Below are positions 32,190-41,941 of a stretch of 64,000 nucleotides of DNA, piece after piece; position 1 is the first letter of the stretch, and every line of letters begins with the position of its first letter. Below the pieces are notes generated by a model. That model was not told the origin of the DNA and ran no database searches. It saw only the letters and a program-made list of their open reading frames with translations. A program made the position numbers and the translations under genes. This DNA comes from an uncultured delta proteobacterium (GTDB lineage: Bacteria; Myxococcota_A; Polyangia; Polyangiales; Polyangiaceae): positions 256,001 through 320,000 of the forward strand of contig CAWAIF010000002.1 in NCBI GenBank assembly GCA_963782055.1, read 5' to 3'.

Positions 32190-32911
32190 CCTCTCGAGTG
32201 GGAAGTGCGCGCGCGTTTGCGCGCGGAAGGACGTGAGGCAGGGGCGACTCCGGACACGCGGCGCGCCGGCCGCGGCTCCCGGGCGGGAGCTGGCCGGCGC
32301 AGGGCGTCGACGAGCGCGTCGGCGCCCAGGCCCGAGATGAACAGGCGCTGGGCGTCGTCCACCACGCGCGCGATGGGCGGCGCCTTCTCCTCGCTCACCA
32401 TGCGCCGCACCAGCTCGCGGTACCCGCCGCAGATCATCGTCGCGGCCACGCCGGCGTCGACGTCGTCGCGGAAGAGCCCGCGCGCGCGCAGCGCGCTGAT
32501 CCAGCTCTCGGCGTTGCGCTTGGTGCCCTCCAGGAACGCGTCCAGCACGTAGCGGTGCGCGCCGGTGCAGTCGTCGACGATGCGCAGGAGCGCGCGGTTT
32601 TGCCAGAAGAACTCGAAGGTGAGCCGGTCCTGCTCGCGCATGAACTCCAGCACCGCGTGGGGGTCGTCGGGCAGGTTCTCGGCGTCGCCGGGCGCGGGGA
32701 TGAGGGCGCTGCACCGCGCCAGGAAGGACTCCACCACCTGGCGGAACGCCTCCTCCTTGCTCTCGAAGTGAAGGTAGAAGGCGCCCTTCGACAGGCCCGC
32801 GCGGCGGGTGATCTCCTCCACCTTCGCGTCGGCCAGGCCGCGCTCGGCGAAGACCTCCTCCGCCTTGCGGAGCAGGGTGACCTTGGCCATGACGTCGGCC
32901 GTGCGGGACAT
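32186..32911 (-). CDS. TetR/AcrR-family transcriptional regulator
   Basis: AEEVFAERG....VEEITRRAGLSKGAFYLHFESKE. Confidence 0.9.
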   Translation of the reverse strand: MSRTADVMAKVTLLRKAEEVFAERGLADAKVEEITRRAGLSKGAFYLHFESKEEAFRQVVESFLARCSALIPAPGDAENLPDDPHAVLEFMREQDRLTFEFFWQNRALLRIVDDCTGAHRYVLDAFLEGTKRNAESWISALRARGLFRDDVDAGVAATMICGGYRELVRRMVSEEKAPPIARVVDDAQRLFISGLGADALVDALRRPAPAREPRPARRVSGVAPASRPSARKRARTSHSRG

Positions 32912-32977
32912 CGCGCTTTCTCCCTCTCGGTGGGCGCCCGGTGCGGCTGGCCTGCGCGGCCGCCGCGGGGCGTTAGT

Positions 32978-33018
32978 TGACTCGCCGGTCACTATAGAGG
33001 CCGGCTGGCCCGCGGCAA
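32978..33018 (-). promoter_or_regulatory. Sigma-70-like promoter with overlapping putative TetR operator
   Basis: Minus strand TTGCCG, 16 bp, TATAGT, immediately followed by the dyad TGAC-N6-GTCA (32978-32991). Confidence 0.55.
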
Positions 33019-33067
33019 GGGACGCGCCCGCGAAGAAGTGCAAAGCAGGCGTGGTATGGGTGAACGG

Positions 33068-33460
33068 ATGTCCCGCTTCGCGGTCGGCCTCGTCGGTGCG
33101 CTCGCAACAGCCACCTGGCTCGCCGGCTGCCCCGCCCCCCCTCCCGGTCTGGAGATCGTGCCTGTGCCCGCCTCGGCCTACCTGCCCTGGGATGGTGGTC
33201 ACCTCGAGGCGGGCGCGGGCGACGCCGCGCGGGAGGCGGCGGTCCCGGTCGTCGTGTGCGTCGCCACCCCGGACGAGGCGCCGCCGGAGGCTGAGGCGGC
33301 GGACGACTACGAGGAGTGCGCGGCGGTGTATCAGGGCCACGGCTTCGACCCCGAGGCGACCGAGCACCACCGTGGCCACGGCGAGGCGGTCTGCTGCTAC
33401 CACCGCGGGCACACGCACCGGTCCAACAAGCGGGTGATCCGCCTCGCGCCCATGGACTGA
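33068..33460 (+). CDS. Small lipoprotein
   Basis: MSRFAVGLVGALATATWLAGC lipobox; His/Cys-rich C-terminus. Confidence 0.6.
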   Translation: MSRFAVGLVGALATATWLAGCPAPPPGLEIVPVPASAYLPWDGGHLEAGAGDAAREAAVPVVVCVATPDEAPPEAEAADDYEECAAVYQGHGFDPEATEHHRGHGEAVCCYHRGHTHRSNKRVIRLAPMD

Positions 33461-33516
33461 ACGTGGAGTGAACGGCGGGCCAAAACTTGGCCCACGCTTG
33501 CCCGCCGTGCGAACCG

Positions 33517-35952
33517 ATGGCCATGACGGCACGAAGCGAGCCCGAGCTCGTCGCGCTGCGCAAGCTGGCCGAGCAACTCTCGGCCCGGCGCAAGGAGAAG
33601 ACCACCACGTGCCACATGCTCGCCGCGATCGCGTCGGGCCCCAGCCACGCCTCGGAGCTGCTCCGTGAGCGAAGGCTGGACGTGGACGTCCTGCTGCGCG
33701 CCGCTCGGGTGCTGACCGACGACGCGCCCGACGCCATCCCCCGCGCTGTGCAGCGGGCGCGCGAGTTCGCCTCCCGATCCGGCGCCCGCAACCCGGCCGC
33801 CATCCACATGCTCTATGCGCTCTGCCAGGACAAGGCGAGCGCCGCGATGCGCACGCTCGTCCAGTGCGGCACCGACGTGGCGCGGCTGCGGACGTCCGCC
33901 ATGCAGCTCGCGGTCGGCATCGCGCCGGCGCGCCGCCCGGTGCCTCCCTCCGCGCCCCCCAGCGTGGCAGCCTTCGACCAGGCGCTCCGGCAGCGGGAGA
34001 CCATCGCCCCGCCGCGCCCCGCGGCGCCGCGCAAGGAGCCGCGCATCCCGCCCCCGCCGCCCCTCCCGACCTTCGCGCCCCCGCGTCCGGTCGCCGCCCC
34101 GCCGAAGAAGAAGCGGGCTCACGCCCCGGCGGACGCCAAGCGCTTCCTGCTGGAGCCCAAGCGCTTCCCCACCCTCGCCCAGGTCGGCAAGAACCTCACC
34201 TTCGCCGCCGCGTGCGGCGAGCTCGACCCGGTCGTGGGGCGCGGGGACGTCATCGAGCGCACGCTCGACGTGCTCGCCAAGCGCCACGCGAGCTGCCCGT
34301 GCCTCGTCGGCGCGGCGGGCGTCGGCAAGACCAGCGTGGTGCGCGGCCTGGCGCTGCGCATCGCCGCCGGCGAGGGCGTCGCCTCCCTGGACGACCGGAT
34401 CGTGGTGGAGGTGCCCCCCGCCGCGCTCTTCGCCGGCACCGGCGTGCGCGGGTCGCTCGCCGAGCGCATCGGTCAGATCAAGAACGAGGTGAAGGCGGCC
34501 GGGGGCCGGGTGGTGCTCTTCTTCGACGAGATCCACGCGCTCTTCGGGCAGGACGGCGGCGAGGAGGCCACGAGCGAGCTGAAGATGGCGCTCGCCAAGG
34601 GCGAGCTGCCCTGCATCGGCGCCACCACCTTCGAGGAGTACAAGCGCGTCATCGACGCCGACCCCGCGCTGGCTCGGCGCTTCTCCGTGGTGGAGGTGGA
34701 CGAGCCCTCCCCCGAGGAGGCGTTCATGGCGCTGGAGGGCATCCTCCCCGCCTTCGAGAAGCACCACGACACGCGCTACGCGAAGGAGGCGCTCGCCGCG
34801 TCGGTCAACTGGAGCGTTCGCTACGTCCCCTCCCGCGCGCTGCCCGACAAGGCGGTGAGCATCCTGGACCTCGCGGGGGCGCGCGCGCGCCGCCGCAGCA
34901 TCGAGGAGGTGACCGACGAGCTGGTCGCCGAGGTGGTCAGCGAGATGGCGCACGTGCCCGTCGAGCGCCTGCTGGAGACCGACGGCGAGCGCATGCTGCG
35001 CATGGAGTCCATGCTCGCGGAGCGCGTCGTCGGGCACACCGACGCCCTGGCCCGCATCGCCGCGGTGCTCCGGCGCAACGCCTCTGGCTTCCGCGCGCGC
35101 CGCCCCATCGGCTCCTTTCTGCTGCTCGGACCGACGGGCGTCGGCAAGACGGAGACGGCCAAGGCGATCGCCGAGTGTCTCTTCTTCTCCCCCGACGCGA
35201 TGACCCGCCTGGACATGTCGGAGTACGCCGAGCCGCACGCCATCGCGCGGCTGGTGGGCGCGCCGCCGGGCTACGTCGGGCACGAGTCGGGCGGGCAGCT
35301 CACCGAGGCGCTGCGCCGCCGGCCGTACCAGGTGGTGCTGCTCGACGAGATCGAGAAGGCGCATCGCGACGTGCTGGAGGCCTTCCTGCAGGTCTTCGAC
35401 GAGGGACGGCTGACCGACGGCCGCGGGCGGACCGTCGACTTCACCAACGCGGTCATCCTGCTCACCTCCAACATCGGAGCCAGCATCGCGATGCCGGGCC
35501 ACGGGACGCGCGGGCGCGTCGGCTTCCACGCCGCCCGGAGCGTGGAGCGTGAGCGGGCGAGCTACCAGGACTCGGTGGTCCTCGCCGCGCGCGAGGCGCT
35601 CCCACCGGAGCTGTACAACCGCCTCGACGAGGTGCTGGCCTTCGCCCCGCTCACCCGCGAGGACGTCAAGGAGGTCGCGCGCCGTATGATCGCGGTGCTG
35701 CGCTCCGAGCTCCGGCTGCGGCGCGGCGTCGACCTGGACGTGAGTGATCCGGCGCTGGACGCGCTGCTCGCCGGCGGCGGCTTCGACCCCTCGCTCGGGG
35801 CGCGGCCGATGCGCCGGGCGATCGGCCGCCTGATCGAGGCGCCGCTCTCCGAGATGCTGCTGCGCGCCGAGGTCACTCGCGGGGACGTCATCACCGTCGA
35901 CGTGGAGGACGGCCGGATCGTGGTGGACGCCATCACCCCGCGCGTCGCCTGA
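33517..35952 (+). CDS. Class I Clp/Hsp100 ATPase (ClpA/ClpC-like)
   Basis: Clp N-domain, LDPVVGR, GAAGVGKT, FFDEIH, GATT, LPDKA, GPTGVGKT, DMSEY, GAPPGYVG, DEIEKAH, VGF loop, GARPMRR. Confidence 0.92.
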   Translation: MAMTARSEPELVALRKLAEQLSARRKEKTTTCHMLAAIASGPSHASELLRERRLDVDVLLRAARVLTDDAPDAIPRAVQRAREFASRSGARNPAAIHMLYALCQDKASAAMRTLVQCGTDVARLRTSAMQLAVGIAPARRPVPPSAPPSVAAFDQALRQRETIAPPRPAAPRKEPRIPPPPPLPTFAPPRPVAAPPKKKRAHAPADAKRFLLEPKRFPTLAQVGKNLTFAAACGELDPVVGRGDVIERTLDVLAKRHASCPCLVGAAGVGKTSVVRGLALRIAAGEGVASLDDRIVVEVPPAALFAGTGVRGSLAERIGQIKNEVKAAGGRVVLFFDEIHALFGQDGGEEATSELKMALAKGELPCIGATTFEEYKRVIDADPALARRFSVVEVDEPSPEEAFMALEGILPAFEKHHDTRYAKEALAASVNWSVRYVPSRALPDKAVSILDLAGARARRRSIEEVTDELVAEVVSEMAHVPVERLLETDGERMLRMESMLAERVVGHTDALARIAAVLRRNASGFRARRPIGSFLLLGPTGVGKTETAKAIAECLFFSPDAMTRLDMSEYAEPHAIARLVGAPPGYVGHESGGQLTEALRRRPYQVVLLDEIEKAHRDVLEAFLQVFDEGRLTDGRGRTVDFTNAVILLTSNIGASIAMPGHGTRGRVGFHAARSVERERASYQDSVVLAAREALPPELYNRLDEVLAFAPLTREDVKEVARRMIAVLRSELRLRRGVDLDVSDPALDALLAGGGFDPSLGARPMRRAIGRLIEAPLSEMLLRAEVTRGDVITVDVEDGRIVVDAITPRVA

Positions 35953-36044
35953 GACCCCACGACGGCGGACTGCAAGCATGCTGACGATTGGGCGGGGGGA
36001 CCCACCAGTCTGTCGCACCACCCCGGTCGAGAGTCGAGTAGTCT

Positions 36045-36060
36045 GGGCATGGACTCTGCT
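36045..36060 (+). promoter_or_regulatory. Possible sigma-54 promoter
   Basis: GGGCATG-GACT-CTGCT, GG-N10-GC spacing, about 30 bp before ATG 36089. Confidence 0.35.
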
Positions 36061-36088
36061 AGTGGGGGCCCACACGTCCATTGGGAGG

Positions 36089-37090
36089 ATGACTTCGATG
36101 CGAAAGCGCGGCTTTTTGTTGGCTCCTTTGACCGGGGTGATAACCGGCGTTTACGTCTTCACCGTGACTGGGTCGGCCTTCGCGCAGGTGGTGGTGGCGC
36201 CGCCGCCGCCCGTGCCCATCACCGGCACCGTCCACGTCAACGTGCAGGCGGGCGGTGGGGCTCCCGCCGCGCCCCCGGCCACCAGTGGCGACGACACCGT
36301 CTACCTCCGCGACGGCGGCATGATCCGCGGCACCATCATGGAGGTCATCCCGGGCAACCACGTGACCGTGCAGCTCGCCAACGGGCAGATCGCGACAATC
36401 CGCTGGGATGTCATCGACCGCATCGACCGCCACAGCCAGGCCGCGCCCCCCACGGTCGTGAACAACCCCACGCCGGTGACCACCGTCCCCGCCATCACCG
36501 GCAACGCCACGGTGCACATGGAGGGCAACGAGGACGTCGTCCTGGAGCAGCTCTCCGGCGGCGGCAACTGGCGGCAGGTGTGCGGTCCGCCCTGCGATCG
36601 CCCGCTCCCGCTCGATCCGCTCTACCGTATCACCGGCCCGGGCACGCGCCCGTCCAAGCCCTTCCAGCTCCAGGCGGACAACGGGCAGCGCGTCGTGCTG
36701 GACGTGCACCGCGCCTCCAGCGGCGGCTTCGCCGGCGGCATCGTCCTCATCTCGCTCGGCAGCGCCGCCACCTTCGTCGGCCTCATCGTGATGCTCGTCG
36801 GCGCCGCGGAGCAGGATCTCGGCGCCGGCGGCGGCACTCTGGCCACCGGGTTCATCATCACGGGCGTCGGCGTGGCCAGCCTCGTCGTGGGCATCGTGCT
36901 CACCGTCGCCAACAAGCACTCCAGCGTTGCGCAGTCCATCGCGGCGAACGCCGATCTCACCGGGCCGAAGGTGGCCCGGCTGCTCGGCACGCCGGAGAGG
37001 CGCGCGCCCGCGTGGTTCGACGGCGTCAACCACACCGCCGACAGCACGCCGGCCTCGCCCGTCGTGCCCATCTTCAGCCACGCCTTCTGA
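36089..37090 (+). CDS. Exported protein with Gly-rich hydrophobic hairpin and C-terminal Phe
   Basis: Signal peptide AFA; DTVYLRDGGMIRG.I domain; CGPPC; two Gly-rich hydrophobic helices; ends FSHAF. Confidence 0.75.
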   Translation: MTSMRKRGFLLAPLTGVITGVYVFTVTGSAFAQVVVAPPPPVPITGTVHVNVQAGGGAPAAPPATSGDDTVYLRDGGMIRGTIMEVIPGNHVTVQLANGQIATIRWDVIDRIDRHSQAAPPTVVNNPTPVTTVPAITGNATVHMEGNEDVVLEQLSGGGNWRQVCGPPCDRPLPLDPLYRITGPGTRPSKPFQLQADNGQRVVLDVHRASSGGFAGGIVLISLGSAATFVGLIVMLVGAAEQDLGAGGGTLATGFIITGVGVASLVVGIVLTVANKHSSVAQSIAANADLTGPKVARLLGTPERRAPAWFDGVNHTADSTPASPVVPIFSHAF

Positions 37091-37103
37091 CGCGAGGCTC
37101 GCC

Positions 37104-39434
37104 TCAGGCCCGCTCGGGCATCTGCTCGATGGCGCGGCGATAGCGATCGCGCCGCGCGCCGTCGCCCAAGATCTCGTAGGCCTCCTCGAGGACGGCGATG
37201 ATCTTTCGCACGTCGTCGGCGAGGTCGGCGAGGTGCGGGGTGAGCAGTCGCGAAGGCTCGAAGGCGCGTCGCAGGTCCACGTAGGCGCGCCGCACCTCGT
37301 AGCCCGTGGCGTTGCGCGGCACGCCCAGCACGGCGAAGTAGTCACCCTCCTCCACCAGCTCCAGCCGCGCCCGGATGCGATCGCGCACCGCGTCCTCGTC
37401 CAGCGCGTCGGGCGCGCGCTCCGGCCGGCCCCCCGGGCGGCGCTCCAGGACCGAGCGGACGATGTCCACCACGCCCAGCAGGAACAGTCCGTAAAGCACC
37501 GAGGCGATGTCGGTCTCCGGGTAGGCCGCCACCACCGCGTCGACGCGCTGCCCGCGCGAGCGCTCGATGGCGTCCAGCTCGGCGGGGCCCAGGCCGCACT
37601 CGCTGAGCAGCGCCTCGCGCGCGCCGGGCGCGACCTGCGACGCGCGCCCGCCGACGCCCGCGAGCGCGTACTCGGTGCCGATGGTGCGACGCACCACCTC
37701 CACGAAGACCTCCGCCCCGGCCGACCCGCCGAAGACGCTGGGCTCGCTCTTGAGGCGGCCGGGCGGCTCCGGGTCCAGCATGCTGGTGCCACGGTCGATG
37801 CCGATCACGTGACCCATCAACCATTCCGCGTGGGCGCGGAGCACCGGCCAGAGCTGGTCCTGCCCCAGCACGCCCTGCGCGACCAGCGCCGCGCCGGCGT
37901 GGCGCCCGTAGGGTGGCATGCGGCCGGCGAGCTGCTCCACGCGCTCGCGCGGGAGGTCGCCCCGCGCGCCGAGGAAGGTGAGCAGCGACTCGCCATCCAC
38001 GCCCGACGCGGCGGTCACCACGTCGCCCTCCCGCAGCACGATGCGGCGGACGCCCTGCATCGTCTCGAAGGTGAGCGCGCCGCTCTGCCGCGTGGCCACC
38101 GCCTGCGCGAGCACCCGCGCGGCGTCTCCGGCGCCGAGCACCTGCGGGGCGATGACGGGCACCGGCACGCTCTCTGCGCGCAGCGACGCCTCCGGCATCG
38201 ACGGCGGCGACTCGGCGGGGGGCGGCTGCTGCGGCGGCTGCGGCGGCGACGCGACCGGCGGCTGCGGTAGACCCTGCAGGCTCTGCGGGGGAAGGAGCAT
38301 CCCGCCGGCCTGCACCAGCAGCTCGCTGCCGAGCGTGGACGAGAGGATGCTGGGCGGCACACCCGCGTAGATGGGCGGGGGCACCGAGCTGGGCGGCCGC
38401 CGCGGGGGCGTCGTCGGCGAGGTGGAGGTGGACACACCGAAGGCCGGCGGCGATCCTGGTGCGAACGACGGGTCCGGGCGGGATCCCGCAGACATGTCGC
38501 CGCGGGTGGCCACACCCGTCGCCGCCGCGCTGGTCGTGGGCGAGGCGGGCTCGCCCTGCGTCTTGGGGTGGGCGATGCCGTCGCTGGTCAGCGCTTCGGC
38601 GGGCGGGGGTGGGAGCTGACTCCGCCGCCCGGTGGTGGCGCTTCCGCCCGAGGTCGTACCCGGCGCGCTCCCCTCGAGCTCCTCGTCGTCGTCGTCGTCC
38701 TCGATGGGCTCGTCCAGCGCGGAGAGCACCTCCTCCGGCAGCACCGCGTCGAGCTCCTCCTCCGGCGAGGGCGCCGTGGGCGCGTCGCTCGGGAGCTTCT
38801 GCGCGGAGACGCGCGCCTCCGCCTGCGCGAGGAGCTCGGAGAGCTCGGGAGAGAGTGGTCCCTGCACCGCCATGGAGGCCGGCTCCTGCGACACCGGCGG
38901 CGGGACCGACGGCGGCCTGACCGAGACGGGCGCGGGTGGGGGATCCGACCGGCGCGTGCTCGTCGGCTCGGAGGTGGCCGGGGCCTCCTCCGCGCGCGCC
39001 TCGGGCGGCGCCTCCCACCCCGCCTCCTCCTCCGGGGCGTCGCCGGTGAGGAGCGTCTGGATCTTCTTCACCAGCGACGGCACCTGCACCGGCCGCGGGA
39101 AGAAGCCGCTGCCCTCGTGCGCCAGGGCGTCCTCGGCGGTGGAGAGCGCCGCCCCGGCGCGCCCGCAGAAGATGACGTCGATGGACTCGCTGTTGGGCAA
39201 CTCGCGCATGCGCGCCACCGCGTCCAGCGCGCCCTCGGCGTCGGCGTCCAGGATGACCACCCGCGGGCGCTGCACCGCCACGCGCGCCACGAGCATGGAC
39301 AGGGGGACGTCGACGACGCGCAGACCCGCCTCGCGCAGCGCCTGCGAGACGCGCTCGGCCTCCACCGAAGGGTCGCTCACGAAGACCGTCGGCGCGTCGG
39401 CGGGCTTCGCGGCCTGGTCCTCGCCCTCGCTCAT
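37104..39434 (-). CDS. Pseudo-receiver / DUF4388-like / J-domain-like multidomain protein
   Basis: Degenerate receiver N-terminus; Pro/Ser linker; SGALTFE..RRIVLREG.V; C-terminal DYFAVLGV..A...EVRRAY..L...EEAYEILGD..RR.RY. Confidence 0.75.
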   Translation of the reverse strand: MSEGEDQAAKPADAPTVFVSDPSVEAERVSQALREAGLRVVDVPLSMLVARVAVQRPRVVILDADAEGALDAVARMRELPNSESIDVIFCGRAGAALSTAEDALAHEGSGFFPRPVQVPSLVKKIQTLLTGDAPEEEAGWEAPPEARAEEAPATSEPTSTRRSDPPPAPVSVRPPSVPPPVSQEPASMAVQGPLSPELSELLAQAEARVSAQKLPSDAPTAPSPEEELDAVLPEEVLSALDEPIEDDDDDEELEGSAPGTTSGGSATTGRRSQLPPPPAEALTSDGIAHPKTQGEPASPTTSAAATGVATRGDMSAGSRPDPSFAPGSPPAFGVSTSTSPTTPPRRPPSSVPPPIYAGVPPSILSSTLGSELLVQAGGMLLPPQSLQGLPQPPVASPPQPPQQPPPAESPPSMPEASLRAESVPVPVIAPQVLGAGDAARVLAQAVATRQSGALTFETMQGVRRIVLREGDVVTAASGVDGESLLTFLGARGDLPRERVEQLAGRMPPYGRHAGAALVAQGVLGQDQLWPVLRAHAEWLMGHVIGIDRGTSMLDPEPPGRLKSEPSVFGGSAGAEVFVEVVRRTIGTEYALAGVGGRASQVAPGAREALLSECGLGPAELDAIERSRGQRVDAVVAAYPETDIASVLYGLFLLGVVDIVRSVLERRPGGRPERAPDALDEDAVRDRIRARLELVEEGDYFAVLGVPRNATGYEVRRAYVDLRRAFEPSRLLTPHLADLADDVRKIIAVLEEAYEILGDGARRDRYRRAIEQMPERA

Positions 39435-39577
39435 GCGCCCCGCGGCCCTCCGGGCCCCGGACGCGAGCCCCGGCTCCGGCCGAGCCGGTCGGCCCAGCGA
39501 GGCACCAGCAACGCGCCGTAGCTCAGCGCGAAGATGAAGGCGACGAGCGCGATCTCTCCACGGGTCATGCCGAACAT
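39431..39577 (-). CDS. 48-aa TatA-like membrane peptide (absent from the ORF track)
   Basis: Hand translation MFGMTRGEIALVAFIFALSYGALLVPRWADRLGRSRGSRPGPGGPRGA*; ATGA overlap with the downstream gene. Confidence 0.65.
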   Translation of the reverse strand: MFGMTRGEIALVAFIFALSYGALLVPRWADRLGRSRGSRPGPGGPRGA

Positions 39578-39617
39578 TGCCGCCAATGTACCAAAGGTTG
39601 GCGCCGGCCGCGCCCGG

Positions 39618-41888
39618 TCACTTCTTGCTGGTGGGCGCCGCCGGGCGGCGTCGCGGGCGGATGCGCGCCTTGACCGCGGAGGGCGGCCGCGCCAGCTGGA
39701 AGCGCCCGGTGGTGCGCCCCGCGGCCTCCGCCACCTTCACCTTGTCCCGCGCGATCTCGATGAAGCGCGCCTGCGAGCGGAGCGGGACCTCACCCTCCTC
39801 CGGCTGGATGCGCTCGTAGCCGCCGCCGGCGAGCAGGCGCCACGACTTCGCGGTGTCGGCCATCTGGATCTCCAGGATGCGCCGCAGCCGCGCGCGGATG
39901 TCGGCATCCTCGATGGGGACCATCACCTCCACGCGGCGGTGGAAGTTGCGGGGCATCCAGTCGGCGCTGGAGATGAAGAGCTCCTCCTCGCCGCCGTTCT
40001 CGAAGCAGAAGACGCGCCCGTGCTCGAGGAAGCGGTCCACGACCGCGTGCACCTCGATCGAGTCGCTGACGCCGGGGACGCCTGGCCGCAGGCAGCAGAT
40101 GCCGCGGACCATGAGCTGGACCTGCACCCCCGCTTGCGACGCGTGGTAGAGCGCCTCGATGACGTCCTCGTCCACGAGCGAGTTCATCTTGGCGACGATG
40201 CGCGCCGGCCTGCCGGCCGCGGCGTGGTCCGCCTCCCGCGCGATGAGCCCGAGCACCGCCTCGTGCAGGCCGAGCGGCGCCACGATGAGGTGGTTCCACC
40301 GGGGCGGCGCGCTGTACCCGGTCAGCAGGTTGAAGAGCGAGGAGGCGTCCTCCCCGATGGAGGGCCGGCAGGTGAGCAGGGAGTAGTCGGTGTAGGTGCG
40401 CGCCGTGGAGGAGTTGTAGTTGCCGGTCGAGAGGTGCACGTACCGGCGGAGCTTGCCCCTCTCCCGGCGGATGACGAGCAGGCACTTGGCGTGCGTCTTC
40501 AGACCCAGCAGCCCGTAGACGACGTTCACGCCCGACTGCTCCAGCATGCGCGCCCAGACGATGTTGGACTCCTCGTCGAAGCGGGCCTTCAGCTCGACGA
40601 TGGCGGTGACCTGCTTGCCCGCCTCCGCCGCGCGCGCCAGCGCCTTCACGATCGCCGAGTCCCCGCCGGCGCGGTAGAGCGTCTGCTTGATGGCCAGCAC
40701 GTCGGGGTCGTCCGCGGCGCGGGCGATGAAGTCGACGATGTGCTCGAAGGTCTCGTACGGGTGGTGGATCAGGATGTCGCGCTCGCGGATCACCGTGAAG
40801 ATGTCGTCGGCGTCACGCAGGACCGGCACCGCCTGCGGGGTGAAGGGCTCGTCGCGCAGCTCGCGGCGCTCTTCCCGCGCGACAATCTGCATGAGGTCCG
40901 CCAGGTTGAGCATGCCCTCCGAGTGGTAGACGTCGCGCTCGGGGTCGAGGCGGAGGGCCTTGACCAGCTTGGCGAGCGACGAGGGGGTGGGCACGCCGCT
41001 GACCTCCAGGCGCACCGCGTTGCCGCGCTCGCGCCGGCGAAGCTCCTGCTGGATGGTCTGCAGCAGGTCCTCCGCCTCCTCCTCGTCAATCTCCAGGTCG
41101 AAGTTGCGCGTGACACGGAAGCCGTACACGCCCTTGAGCCGGACGCCGGGGAAGATGGTGCTCGCGTGCCGCGCGATGACGTCCTCCAGAAGGACGAAGG
41201 CGTGGCGGGGCTTCTCCCGCTCGGTCTTCAGCTTCACCTCGATGAGGCGGGGCAGCATCATCGGCACCTGCACGACGCCGAAGCCGACCTCCTTCGAGCC
41301 CTCGCGCTCGAACATGACGCCAAGGTTGAGGCTCTTGTTGCGCAGGTGCGGGAAGGGGTGGCCGGGGTCGATGGCGAGCGGCGTGAGGATGGGGAAGATC
41401 TCGGCGAGGAAGCGCTCGTCGGTGGCGCGCAGGGACTCCGGGTCCAGCTCCTCCGGCTTGACCAGCCGTACGCCCCGCTCCGCCAGCGCGGGCAGCACCT
41501 TGTCCACCAGGCAGCGCGACTGCGCGGCGACCAGCTCGTGCACGCGCTCCGAGATGGCGGCGAGCTGCTCGCTGGGGGTCATGCCGTCCGGGCCCAGCTC
41601 GCTCACGTCGCCGCTCAGCTGCTGCTTGAGCCCGGCGACCCGGACCATGAAGAACTCGTCCAGGTTGGACGAGACGATGGCGAGGAACTTGAGCCGCTCC
41701 AGCAGCGGGACCGCCTCGTTCTGCCCCTCCGCCAGCACACGGACGTTGAACTCCAGCCAGGATAGCTCGCGGTTGAGGTAGAGCGCGGGCGAGCGCAGGT
41801 CGGGCTCGTTCGACGAGGCCGGAGCGATCAGGGAGGCGGAGACCGGCGCCTGCGTGGCCGCCTGCCCGCTGGCATGGGGTTCTTCCAT
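39618..41888 (-). CDS. ppk1: Polyphosphate kinase 1
   Basis: YLNRELSWLEFN.RVL, SNLDEFFMVRVAGL, HHPY, IKQTLYR, ELKARFDEE.NI, KTHAK, RFLEH.R, SSADWMPRN. Confidence 0.97.
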   Translation of the reverse strand: MEEPHASGQAATQAPVSASLIAPASSNEPDLRSPALYLNRELSWLEFNVRVLAEGQNEAVPLLERLKFLAIVSSNLDEFFMVRVAGLKQQLSGDVSELGPDGMTPSEQLAAISERVHELVAAQSRCLVDKVLPALAERGVRLVKPEELDPESLRATDERFLAEIFPILTPLAIDPGHPFPHLRNKSLNLGVMFEREGSKEVGFGVVQVPMMLPRLIEVKLKTEREKPRHAFVLLEDVIARHASTIFPGVRLKGVYGFRVTRNFDLEIDEEEAEDLLQTIQQELRRRERGNAVRLEVSGVPTPSSLAKLVKALRLDPERDVYHSEGMLNLADLMQIVAREERRELRDEPFTPQAVPVLRDADDIFTVIRERDILIHHPYETFEHIVDFIARAADDPDVLAIKQTLYRAGGDSAIVKALARAAEAGKQVTAIVELKARFDEESNIVWARMLEQSGVNVVYGLLGLKTHAKCLLVIRRERGKLRRYVHLSTGNYNSSTARTYTDYSLLTCRPSIGEDASSLFNLLTGYSAPPRWNHLIVAPLGLHEAVLGLIAREADHAAAGRPARIVAKMNSLVDEDVIEALYHASQAGVQVQLMVRGICCLRPGVPGVSDSIEVHAVVDRFLEHGRVFCFENGGEEELFISSADWMPRNFHRRVEVMVPIEDADIRARLRRILEIQMADTAKSWRLLAGGGYERIQPEEGEVPLRSQARFIEIARDKVKVAEAAGRTTGRFQLARPPSAVKARIRPRRRPAAPTSKK

Positions 41889-41941
41889 GAAGGGGGACGT
41901 TCCTTATAGCGCAATTCCGCCGCGACCGCGCTCTCGGCCCC

